DNA of 64,000 nucleotides from the NCBI RefSeq assembly GCF_963921235.1, contig NC_086108.1:72726001-72790000 (forward strand), given 5' to 3'. The notes below the pieces were generated by a model. The model worked only from the letters and a program-made list of their open reading frames with translations. It did not search any database and was not told the DNA's origin. Positions 49,890 through 61,459 of the stretch are shown here, piece by piece (the first letter of the stretch is position 1; each line of letters begins with the position of its first letter). The position numbers and the translations under genes are program-made. The stretch is from Mobula hypostoma (Eukaryota).

Positions 49890-52845
49890 TTTGTGCTCTT
49901 CACTCTCTCTACAGCAGAACTATTGATGTGCAATGGGGAATGGTGGACCTGTGCCTTCCCGAACTCCGCAATCATCTTTCTTATCTTGTCCAGGTTGAGA
50001 CTCAGGTTGTTGTTTTCTCACCATTTGAGAAGCCTCTCTGTTTGTTAACGCACCATTGTTGCTGATGTGGCCAACCACTATAATATTATCAGTGAATTTG
50101 ATAATGTGGTTTGAGCTGAATCTCACAGTGCAGTCATATGTCAGCAGTGTGAATAGCAGCAAGCTGAGCACAAAGCCCAGGGGTGAGGGAAACCAGTGTT
50201 CAGCGTGGTGGAGCTTAAGATGTTACTGCCAACTCGGACTAACTCGGGATTTTCCATCAAGAAGTCCAAGATCCAGTTACAGAGAGGGAGGGGCATTGAG
50301 ACCCAAAGAGCACAGTTAACTTACCATCTTCTGAGGAATGAGCATGTTACGTGCAGAGCTGAAGTCAATGAACAATATCCTGGCATTTGAGGCATTACTT
50401 TCTAGATGGGACAGGACAGAGTGGAGAGCCGAGGTGATGGCATCATCAGTGAACGGGTTTGAGTGGTAGGTGAACTAGAAAGGGTCCAATGTAGCTGGAA
50501 GGTGAAATTTTATTTGATCCATTACCAGCTGCTCAAAGCCCTTCATGATTGTTGAAAGTGCCACTGGGCGATAATCATATTGGCCAGTTACCATTGCTCT
50601 CTTGGGCAATGGAACTATGGTAGCTGCCTTGAAGCCTGCAGGGACAGTGGACTATTTCAAAGAGATATTTAAGACCTCTGTTAGCTGGGCTGTGCTGTCC
50701 ATCAACACCTGAACAGTTACGTTTTCCAGCACTGCAGCTTTGCATGGGGTTACTTTGATTAGGATCCTCCTCACCTCTGCTGTGGCCAGACAGGGTGCCT
50801 GTTCCTCAGGGGAACAGGGGGTTTTCCTTGATGTCACATCATTCAGTGCACAAAATTATCCAAAGAAGACATTCAGTCGATCAGGAAGGGAGGCATCGCT
50901 GTTGTTGACATGCAGGTGGACTTGTCATATGTTGTAGTTTGCATACCTTGCCACATTCGCCGCATGTCCCCGGCGTCACAAAGGTGTCTGTGGGATTTTT
51001 GTGTGTATTCAGACTTTGCATTCCTGATGGCACAGAAGAGCACAGCTCTTGCTGACCTTAGAGTTATCTTGTCCCCCAGTCTGAAGGCAGCATTCTGATC
51101 CATAAGCAGGGCATGAACCTCTGCAGTCAGCCATGGTTTCTTGTTTTCTTGGCAGTGTAGTGTTTAATCACAGCAACGTCCTCAATGCAATTTCCTGTGC
51201 AGTCAGTCACCATGCCCACATATTCATCAATGTTGATGTGATGATTGTAGGTAGCTGCCTCCTGAATAGGCTACAGTCTGAATTTGCAAAGCAATCCTGC
51301 AGCATTGAGGTGGCACCTTCTGGCCGGGTCCTGATCTCCATGCGAACTGGTTGGTCTCGTGTAACCAGAGGTCTGTTATGCAGAGGTTAGCAAAATGCAT
51401 ACGTGGTCTAACTGTCTGAGGTGAGGACAGGAGGCCGCCTTGTAGGCTCCATGAATATTGGTATAGCCAGGTCGAATATATTCTCTCCTCTAGTTGCATA
51501 GTTCACATGCGGGTAGAGCTTCGGCAGGATGTTTTTCAGCTGGCATGATTGAAGTCCACAGAAACAATGAAGACACTGTTACAGTGAACTTTTTTGGGTA
51601 GATGATTTGTTTACACTTAAATGACTCTGGCCACCAGACTTCTATTTGACAAAGTACTGTGGATTGAGTTCACAACAATGCGCTTCCTAAAAAAGTGTGA
51701 ATACCAGATGCTTCTGGTGCCGTAGTTTGACCAGATGCTGTAGTTTCGAAGACGGTATTATCTATACTTATAAATATTACTTGTCTTCTATGTTAGCATG
51801 TACAATGCCAAATAAATGTATTGTGGATTTAATTGCATTCCTAAAGGCTGTGGATACCAACCCAGACATGTTGGTGTCGGAAGGAAAGGATGAAGTTAAG
51901 AGGTGTGATGTTTTGTATGTAGCTTCAAAAGGAAGCATTGTCTATGCATTGTCTACAACTTCTTAAGTAGCAATTGCCTTTGTGTTTAGCATATAAATAT
52001 CGAGCCCACATTGGGCTAGCAGACTTTTCTACTGAAAGTGTCTCCGTCCGTATGATGCCTGCTGTACCTTGCTGTGTCGAATAAAGAAGCTGCTATGTAT
52101 CTACCAGTGACTCTGTCTCTCTGGTGATTTCATCCACACTACAACATTTGGTGGCAATGGTGGGATTTGAACCCACGCCTCCAGACACCATTGGGGTTAG
52201 TGGCTTGGGGTTGCACATGGCACCATAGAGCTCCTGCAGTGCTTCCCCAGCACTTGTACAGGGGTGGGGAGGGAATGTAAACAGCAATCATCACAATGGC
52301 AGTGAACACGAACGGCCTGCACTTCACCATTAAAAACTCTATTTGCAGTGAGCAGTGGGCTGTTACTGCTGAGGCATTCACACACCAGTTCTTATGATGA
52401 GACATATAGAACTCCTCAGCGGGTCTTCCTGGAGGTCACATCATTTCCATCAGCCTGAAAAGAGATTAGTCTTTCTAGCTGCATGGCCGAGTCTGGAATG
52501 GTGTCCTGGAGCCACCTTTCTGTCAGGACGAGTGTGCAGCAGTCCCTCATTTCCTGCTGGCTCAGACACAGATGCAGGTACTCTGTTTTACTCTCTGGTA
52601 ATCAAACGTTAGCAAGTAGAATTGTTGGCAGCATGGGCCTGCAGGGACCCGCCCTTAAGTCTCGCCCGAACACCGGCGCACTTACCATGCTGCAGTTTTT
52701 GAGCATGATGACTGCTTCCCTGAGTAGCTGTAGTAGACTGAGGGCCTGCTCCCCACATTAGTCCATAACTGCGCAGCATCTTCGATATTCTGCTTACTGA
52801 CGAGGTAGGCCTGCAGATTTTATCATCAGCAGCATTTTCCAATCA
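49890..52845 (-). mobile_element. Decayed Rex/Babar-like LINE (APE to RT) interrupted by an LTR-tRNA insertion
   Basis: EFLMVKCRPF, IAVYIPSP, NPNGVFIVSVDFNHA (split by the insertion), IIKFTDNII. Confidence 0.85.
51577..52182 (+). mobile_element. Single LTR (51577-52146) plus TT plus a 34-nt antisense copy of the tRNA-Leu 3' end, with 6-bp TSD
   Basis: TGTT...AACA termini, AATAAA at about 52080, then TGGTGGCAATGGTGGGATTTGAACCCACGCCTCC; TSD AGACAC at 51571-51576 and 52183-52188. Confidence 0.85.
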
Positions 52846-52974
52846 GAGAAAAGGTGAACAGGACAAGAAATTTCACCATTGATTGCAGCAGGAGTGGCCG
52901 CCATGACAATGCGCACTACCATCTTGTGAGGAACTGTACTTGCCTGTCACCTGATGTGAAGGGCAACAATCTGA

Positions 52975-53990
52975 CAGGATATCCGATGGCAAGTTTCCTG
53001 AGAAACCTAGTGAGACCTCTGAGTGATGACCAGCTCCCCACCACCACCAGCCTCCTCCACCTGGCTAAACAGGTCCGCACCCTCAACAATTTCTCTTTCG
53101 GCTCCTCCCACATTCTCCAAGCTCACGATATAGCCATGAGCAACTGCCTGGGCCACATCTATGCCTGCCTTTTCATTGGAAGTGCTACATCTGCCCATTC
53201 ACCTCTTCCCTCACCTCCATTCAGGGACCAAATCAGTCCTTCCAGGTGAGGCGACTATTGACCTGTGAATCGTTGGGGTCACCTATTGTACCCGGTGCTG
53301 CCGATGTGGCCTCCTCTACATTGATGAGACCCGATGAAGATTGGGGAACCACTTTGCCAAGCACCTTCACCACATCCACAAAAAGCAGGATTTCCCAGTG
53401 GCTGATCATTTCAATTCCAATCCCATTCTCATTCTGACATGTCAGTCTATGGCCTCCTCTTCTGCCATGATGAGACCACTCTCAGGTCAAAGCAACATCT
53501 TATGTTCCATCTAGGTAGCTCCCAACTTGATGGCATGAACATCGACCTCTCCAATATCTGGTAATTTTCCCCCTCCCTCTTTTTCATTTCCCCACTCTAG
53601 CTCCCCCTCTTGCCTCTTCTCCTCACCAGCTTATTACCTTCTCTGGTGAACCTCCTCTTTCTCTTTCTTCCATGGCCTTTTCCCACTTCTATTAGATCAC
53701 TTCTTCTCCAGCCCTTCACCTTTTCCACCTATTACCTCCCAGCTTCTTCCTTAATCCCCTCCCCCACCCACCAGGTTTCCCCTATCACCTTCTAGTTTGT
53801 ACTCCTTCCCCTCCTCCCTCTTTTTAATTCTGGCATCTAATCTCTTCCTTTTCAGTCTAATGAAAGTTCTTGGCCGGAAACGCCAACTGTTGATTCATTT
53901 CCATCAATGCTGTCTGACCTGCTGAGTTCCTCCAGCATTTTGTGTGTGTTGCTCTGGATTTCCAGCATCTGTAAAATCTCTTGTGTTTGA
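52975..53990 (+). mobile_element. Decayed, internally deleted Penelope-like element
   Basis: TLNNFSFGSSHILQ...AM (RT), GIY-YIG remnant, pLTR with a decayed hammerhead at about 53853-53890. Confidence 0.8.
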
Positions 53991-54805
53991 GGCCTCAGTG
54001 TGAACAAGTCTTGGGCAGCATACCGCTGAGGTCCCACCCCCAGACTCCCTGACAGCTTTGATAATAGCCAAGGCTGGAGGCGAACCTCTGGCTTTCACAC
54101 AGATTTCTAAGTCTTTATATGTCTCTCATGCTTAGAGGTATTTGAAAGCTATTGAAACTGCAATAAATAATTCAAAACTATTAAAAGCCTTTTTAAGTTT
54201 AATTTAAAGCAGATTAAACATGAAGAAACAGTCAAATTATTTAAATAAAGTATTATGTATAAAGAATTTTTTTTAAAACCTTTTATTTATATCCATGAAG
54301 TCTCCACTCCTCAACTAGATCTGGTTAGTGTAGACTCAGAGAAGCAGATCCCCATCATAATACCAGTGATATCCTGCTTCAGTTTATGTCACTCATCATA
54401 TCTCTGACCTGCATTCAGTCTGTATAGGTCTAAGACATACTTAGCTGGAAGCAACTGATCAGTGACATTTCCCTTCAGAGCCATAGACCACCATCTACTT
54501 AATTCACCTAATATTTACGTATATAAAACAGTGCTTTGTTGAACATCAATTAATCATGTTTCCATTGCTTACATCTCAGTTTAAATAATGACACCTTTGC
54601 CCTTTAAGAGGAAAGCATGTTGAGTTAGACATCAGATTAGGGTGAGTGAAGTTGTGATATAATTTTTCGCTCTCACTAAAGTTCTGCTGATAGAAGCAAA
54701 ATGAATGGGAGCATTGTCAGGTAGAACTCCCTGCATGTGGAGGAAATAATAAAACACCAGTCTCACTTTTCTGAATGCAGGCATTGTGGAAACAAAAATG
54801 GAATA

Positions 54806-56098
54806 CAATGGATTCCGGTTAATTGGTCTATTGATTAATCGGGACAACTGTAAAAGAACAAAAGCTAATCGAGAAAATAGCCAGGATTTCCTTCAGTTAT
54901 TTGGGATAACTTGATGCTTAGACACTACACTGCATTTAGAGCTAACAGTTTTTAAGTAGTAACAGTTGTGTGTGAATGTGTTCAAAAAGCAGTGATTTTT
55001 GTCACTGATCGTTGTTGAGAAACTGTTAAGACAATTCAGAATCAGAAGCAGGTTTATTATCACTGGCATGTGACATGAAATTTGTTAAATTAGTAGCAGT
55101 AGTTCAATGCAGTACATAATCTAGCAGAGAAAAATAATAATAATAAAAAATAATCAATAAACAAGTAAATCAATTACAAATATTGAATAGACTTTTTTTT
55201 AAACGTGCAAAAACAGAAATACTGTATATTTTAAAAAAGTGTCCAAAGATTCAATGTCCATTTAGGAATTGGATGGCAAAGGGGAAGAAGCTGTTCCTGA
55301 ATTGCTGAGTGTGAGCCTTCAGGCTTCTGTACCTCCTATCGGTTCTGGAGGTACTTAATAATGGACGCTGCCTTTCTGAGACAGCACTCCCTAAAGATGT
55401 CCTGGGTACTTTGTAGGCTAGTACCCAAGATAGAGCTATCTAGATTTACAACCTGCTGCAGCTTCTTTTGGTCCTGTGCAGTAGCCCCTCCAAACAGACA
55501 GTGATGCAGCCTGTCAGAATGCTCTCCACAGTACAACTATAGAAGATTTTGAGTGTATTTGTTGATATGCCAAATCTCTTCAAACTCCTAATTAAGTATA
55601 GCTGCTGTCTTGCCTTCTGCTCATTGTGGCTTCAAGCATTTGGGCTTGGAGATACCAGAAATGGCCGGGAATGAAACTAAATGATCTCACTACTTCAATA
55701 AGTTGGGAACAATGAAGAATTTGAAGTTATCGATACTCATCTTCAATGTTACCATGAAAATGAAGATTTGAAGGATTTAATAATCAAAAGCATTGTTTCA
55801 AGGCAGTCCACTACCTGCACTAGATACTGGCCCTGATTTAGTTCATTTACGATCAATCAGAAGAACATGGCATCGTACACTGGATGAATTCCTCCAATAA
55901 CTATTAGGAACAAATGCAGAGTTTTATAGTAGGATTGGCAGTGTTCAGATTTGTTCTGTATTTCAATGAAATACATAATTTATTACTTGATTATATGGTA
56001 GTTTGCCTTTTTTTTAAATAGCTTCTTAACTACCTCCATGAAATTTTGGTTAATTGGGGCAGCCACATAATTGGGCCAAAATGTACTGGTCTTGATGA
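54806..56098. mobile_element. Second pogo/Tigger-like MITE copy interrupted by a minus-strand Rex/Babar 3' end (about 55035-55617)
   Basis: TA|CAATGGATTCCGGTTAATTGG; reverse-complement match to 16759-17587; insert encodes KKLQQVVN...CLRKAASIIK. Confidence 0.75.
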
Positions 56099-56169
56099 TA
56101 GACAAAATTGCAGTCAGTGGGATTAGTTGAGGTGTAACTGTGGGGGGGGGGGATTGAAAAGGGTGATGG

Positions 56170-58900
56170 GTACAGGACTGAATGTGCCATATTTGAATGA
56201 TGCATTATACGGAATAATGTGGATGACTTGTAGTACAGCTGGAGATTGACAGGTACAACGACTCAAAGATCATAGTTGGGAGCTTAATATCCAAGGGTAC
56301 CTGGTGTATCAGAAGGGCAGGCAGGTAGGCGGAAGGCATATGGTGGCTCTGTTGGTAAAAAATAAACCAAAAGCGGTGGGAACCAGACCCGCTCATAGCC
56401 ATCCTTGGAGCAACGAGCTCCCTATCTTCAGCTAGTATGTTTGAAAAAGCGGCTGTATTATTTGGAATGGTGATTGCTAAGAACTTAATCCTGCAAATGC
56501 GGAAAATGGACTCTGTGCCTACGTACGATCTGTGGCTGAGAGAACTGGCAAATACATTACATTTGGAGAGACTGAGATTATGTAATGAGGACAGAGGGGA
56601 CATCTTTGAAAGGATATGGGGCCCTGTACTGGACTTTCTTACGGGGTGAAGAGTGAGGTTTTTTGGTGCAGTGCACCTCTGCTGTGCATGTTTACTTTTG
56701 CCTTTATATTTTTCTCCCTTTTGCTGCCCAATATTTAATTAGATTTTGTTAAGGTCGTGGTTTTTGTAGATTTGCTGTTTTTTTGTTAATAAAAAAAATA
56801 AAAATTTAAAAAAATTCTGTGGACTAGTCAAGAGATCAAGGTCCAATCTTGTTAAATGAATTTTTCAAGAACATCCTGATCTATATGTCTCCAAATTACC
56901 TCATTTCATTTCTTTACTTAAATTGATACTGAAGTGTCTTGTGCTAATTTAACAACAATTACAATAAAATAAGGCAACTGGCTGATTGATTCTGATATGA
57001 AAAAAAGAGGAAATAGCAAGAGTAAAAAGACTGATGGAAGTTAGAAGCCTCCAAATAGTAGTTGGGATGTAGGATACAAATTATAATGGGAGATAGAAAA
57101 GGCATGTAAAAAGGCCAATGTTATGACAGTGATAGGGCATTTCAATATGCAAGTAGATTGGGAAACTAAGGTTGGTGCTGAATCCCAAGAGATAGAATTT
57201 GTAGAATGCCTACAAGATGGCTTTTGAAAGCAATTTGTGGTTGAGTTTACTAGGGGAAAGGCAATTCAGGATTGAGTGTTATGTAATGAATCAGATTTGA
57301 ATAGGGAGCTTAAGGTAAGAGAACCCTGAGGAGGAAGTGATCATAATATGATAGAATTCACCCTGCAGTTTGAGAGGGAGAAGCTAAAGTCAGATGTGTC
57401 AGCATTACAGTGGAGTAAAGAGGCAAACAGAGGCATGAGAAAGGAGCTGGCCAAAGTTGATTGGAAGTGGACATTGGCAGAGATGATGACAGAACAGCAA
57501 CGTCTAGAGTTTCTGAGAACAATTTGAAAGGCGCAGGACAGATACACCCCAAAGTTGAAGAAGTATTCTAAGGGGAGGAGAGAATTGGGATGCTTTTAAA
57601 ACCCAACAGAGGAAAACTAAAAGAAGCTATAAGGAGAGAAAGGATGAAATATAGAGGAAATCTAGCCAATACTATGAAAGAGGGTACAATCTTTTTTCAA
57701 GTATATAAAGAGTAAAATAGAGGTGAGAGTGGATATTGGGCCACTGGAAAATGACCATGGAATGATAGTAATGGGGGAAAAAGAAATGGTAAACAAACAT
57801 AATAAGTATATCACTGTGAAAGAAAGTAACAGTATACCAGAGATTAAAGTGTGTTGGGGCAGAAGTGAGTGGAGTCTTCTCCCTTCCTTTCCAGTCCTAA
57901 AGAAGGGTCTCGGCCCAAAACATCAAATATTTATTCATTTCCATAGATTCTGCCTGACCTGCTGAGTTCCTCCAGCATTTTGTATGTGTTGCTCTGGACT
58001 TCCAGCATCTGTAGAATCACTTGTGTTTAAGACGTGAATGTAGTTGTTATTACTAAGGAGAAGGTACTTGGGAAACTGAAAGTCACCTGGACCAAATGGA
58101 CTACAGTGCAAAGTTCTGAAAAAGGTAACTGAAGAGATTGTGGAGGCAGTAGTAATGATATTTCATGAATCGCTAGGTCCTGGAATAGTTCCGGAAGACT
58201 GGAAAATTACAAACTCCACTCTTTAAGAAGGGAGGGAGGGAGAAGAAAGGAAATTATAAGCCAGATAGCCTGCCTTCAGTGGTTGGGAAGATTTTTGAGA
58301 CCATTATTAAGGATGAGATTTCAGGGTCCTTGGAAGGCACATGATAAAATAGGCCAAAGTTAGCATGGTTTCCTTAAAGGGAAATTTTGCCTGACAAATC
58401 TGTTGGAAATCTTTGAGGAAATAACAGTCAGGATAGACAAAGGAGAGTTAGTGGATATTGTTTACTTGGATTTTCGGAAGCCCTTTGACAAGGTGCTGCA
58501 CATGATGCTGCTTAACAAGACAAAAGCCCATGGTATTACAGGAAAGAGACTAATATGGATAGAAAATTGGCTGACTAGCAGGAGACAGGGTGGAAATAAA
58601 GGGAGACCTTTCTCTTTGGCTGCCGGTGACTAGTGGTGTTCTTCAGGGGCCAGTGTTGAAACTGTTTCTTTTCACGTTATACAGTACGTCAATGATTAGA
58701 TGATGGAATGCTACGAAGATAAGTGGAGGGGTACGTAGTGTTGAGGAAACAGAGAGTCTGCAGGATTTAGACAGGATAGGAGAATGGGCAAAGAAGTGGC
58801 AGATGAAATCTAGTATAGCGAATTGGTAGAAGGAACAGAGGCATAGACTATTCTCTAAATGGGTAGAAAATCAGAGGTGAAAAGGGACCTGGGAGTTCCT
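56170..58900 (+). mobile_element. Decayed CR1 ORF2 (APE to RT) with a nested L1 3' end and a Penelope pLTR (about 57875-58030)
   Basis: GSDHNMIEF and DKGELVDIVYLDFRKPFDKVLH motifs. Confidence 0.88.
56370..56815 (+). mobile_element. L1/Tx1 3' end with A-rich tail
   Basis: ORF 56437-56649: AKNLILQMRK..VPTYDLWLREL...FERIWGP, followed by AATAAA and an A-rich tail. Confidence 0.75.
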
Positions 58901-60974
58901 GACTAAGGATATTAGATAGACGATCAAATAGTTTTGTCAAACATCGCCCTATGAATGATAGAGACAATTGTAAATATAAACAAGCTCTATCAGGGAGCAC
59001 CTGCACATTGTGAAACCCCGAGGTGGGAGAAAAGAGCACTAAATCCAAGAGCATGTGATAAATCTGTTTCATTAATACCCTTTGAAAAAGAAGAAGCCGA
59101 GTCAGGCTTTATTGTTCTGTGCTGAGCTGAGTCAGATCTTACTGACAGATTTACAGACAGGGTTGTTCTTTAAACACTAACATTGTTCACAAATGTGGAG
59201 TTTATTTAATGTAGAATTCACCAAAGTTAATTTATTTTGCTATTATTCACACATTGCATGACCTACTAAATAAATTGGCAGGAGGAATATTCCAATAAAG
59301 CTCTAATTTGTCTTTATTTTTGCAACAACTGGTTAAATCATATTCCATTGACTTTCCATGAGCATTCACGATTAAAAGCTTTGGGACAGTCAAAGAGACA
59401 GTACACCAGCAAGTTTTATTTGTTTATGTTTTGGGCAGGGTAAACCCTCCCAAAGTATAATTTGGACCAGTTGGAAATAGGCTGGCAAGTTTGCACTAAA
59501 TGCTCTTCAGTAGAACCATTGTATCAAAGGGAAAATACTTGAATTATACAGTATAGCATTAAAATCTGATTATTTGTAGTTGTGCTTGAGGTTCATTTTG
59601 GTTTGGTGTTCTTTTCTATGCAAACACACTATGCATATAAACTTAATTTAGTCAGAGCCAGCAAACAGGAGAATATTTTTAAATGAAGATTATTGAATGC
59701 TACTGCCAGTGTGATGCTCTGACTCTGGTGCATCACCTTAACGAATGTATCTTGTTAACTTGTTAGACTAATCAGAGGGAATATCAAGTAAATTATGTTA
59801 ACATTGAAGATGATAAATTAATCATGCTTTGACATCCTTACACAATTGTTATTTATATTAAAGGAATCCTTGACTATATCAAAGTTTTCTTTTTGTGCTG
59901 TCTAATTACCTTTTTAAGCTTTATTAATATTGAGCCAAGTATGATATATTCCACACCATTTTAATGGTATTTATTCAGGCACAAGCTGCCTGATAATCTT
60001 TTCAAAAGTAAACTGTGGGTTACAAATGAATAAATATTTAAGGTGAAAACTGTGGTGCATGAGCAAAGTACACAGGGCAGATGGGTAAAAATGCCCTCGT
60101 AAAATGAAAGGCCTTTCAAACCAATTTCAAAATTGTTTTGATATCTGTATCTTTGAGGATTTTACTAAGTTCTATCAATCCTTGTATCACTGAGTTGCAC
60201 AAGGGAGCCACACACATCATTTACAGGAAGCTCAGGTAACAAAAGGAAGAAACCGAACTATTTCAACAATTCTCATTTTCATTATCACCTCATTCTCTGT
60301 CTCACTCTCTTTCACCTTCACTCACTGTCTTCCTCTCTCTTCCTCCCCCACTATGTGTGTGTGTATATATGTATATTCTCCTTCTTGTCCTCCTTTGGTC
60401 TGGGTCGACCATGAATTTTGAGACTTGGCTGACAAAGTCAATCTGCAAGCCAGGGCAGTACAATATGTGTGCAGCAGGCTGCCACTCTCTACACATTGTC
60501 TGGGTAGCAATATTTGTACACAGGATACTTTTCTGTCACTCTTAGCCTGCCAGCAGTGTCAGTGAGCCAGGCAGGTCAAAGCATTCTACTAATTACATAC
60601 CGAAATTTGTAAAGAGCAGGGACATCTAACAATTTGGAAGGCAGCAACGTGGCAACATCTGATGACTGTGTTCTGCTCCTGTTGCCATTCAGCGGAAAAT
60701 CAGATGGAACATCAGCCAATTGCTTCTTACAGTATATCTATAGACTCCCAAAGGCTGCTGGAGCATGCTAGGTGGAAGCCAAAACCAGTGAAGCAGGGGT
60801 AACTTACTGCAGCTGCAGAAGTTTCAGTACGTGGGAGGTGTGTACTTCTGTAAGATCAGCATTTATTTCCTATTTCCATAATTGCTCAGTGGTGAGCCAG
60901 CTCCTTGAAATGCAGCACTTCTTTTAGAGAAGGCATTGCTAAAATACTGGCAGGTAGGAGCTCCAGTCTTTTGG

Positions 60975-61368
60975 CTGGAGGTTACAAGAATGAGGGGGAG
61001 GGATTTTATTGAAACCTGTCAGATATTGAAAGGCCTACATAGGGAGGACATGGAGAGAATGTTTCCTATCGTGGAGGAGTGTAGGACCAGAGGGCACAAC
61101 CTCAGATAGAGGGGTATCCATTTAGAACGGGGATGAGGTGGAGCTTCTTCCGTCAGATGGTGAATCTGTGGAACTCATTGCCACAGACATCCATTGGGCA
61201 TATTTAAAATGGAGGTTGATAGGTTCTTGGTTAGTAAGGGCATCACAGATTATGGGGGGAAGGCAGGAGAATGGGATTGAGAGGAATAAAAATTTAGCCA
61301 TAAGAAAATGGCAGAAAAGACAGTGGGGGGAATGGCCTAATTCTGCTCCCATGTCTTATGGTCTTTTA
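60975..61368 (+). mobile_element. CR1 3' end
   Basis: Similar to other CR1 tails (ggcctaattctgctcccatgtcttatggtctt). Confidence 0.8.
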
Positions 61369-61459
61369 CCTCAACAATATTTTAACCAAATACAATGTAT
61401 TTCAAAATCAGGTTAGTGTGTAAGTTTGAGGTTGTATATAGGTGCTGCATTTCTTTGTT

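Noticed and set aside
52149-52182. tRNA-Leu gene
   Set aside because: Only the 3' 34 nt are present, with encoded CCA, directly after an LTR. It is a primer copy, not a gene.
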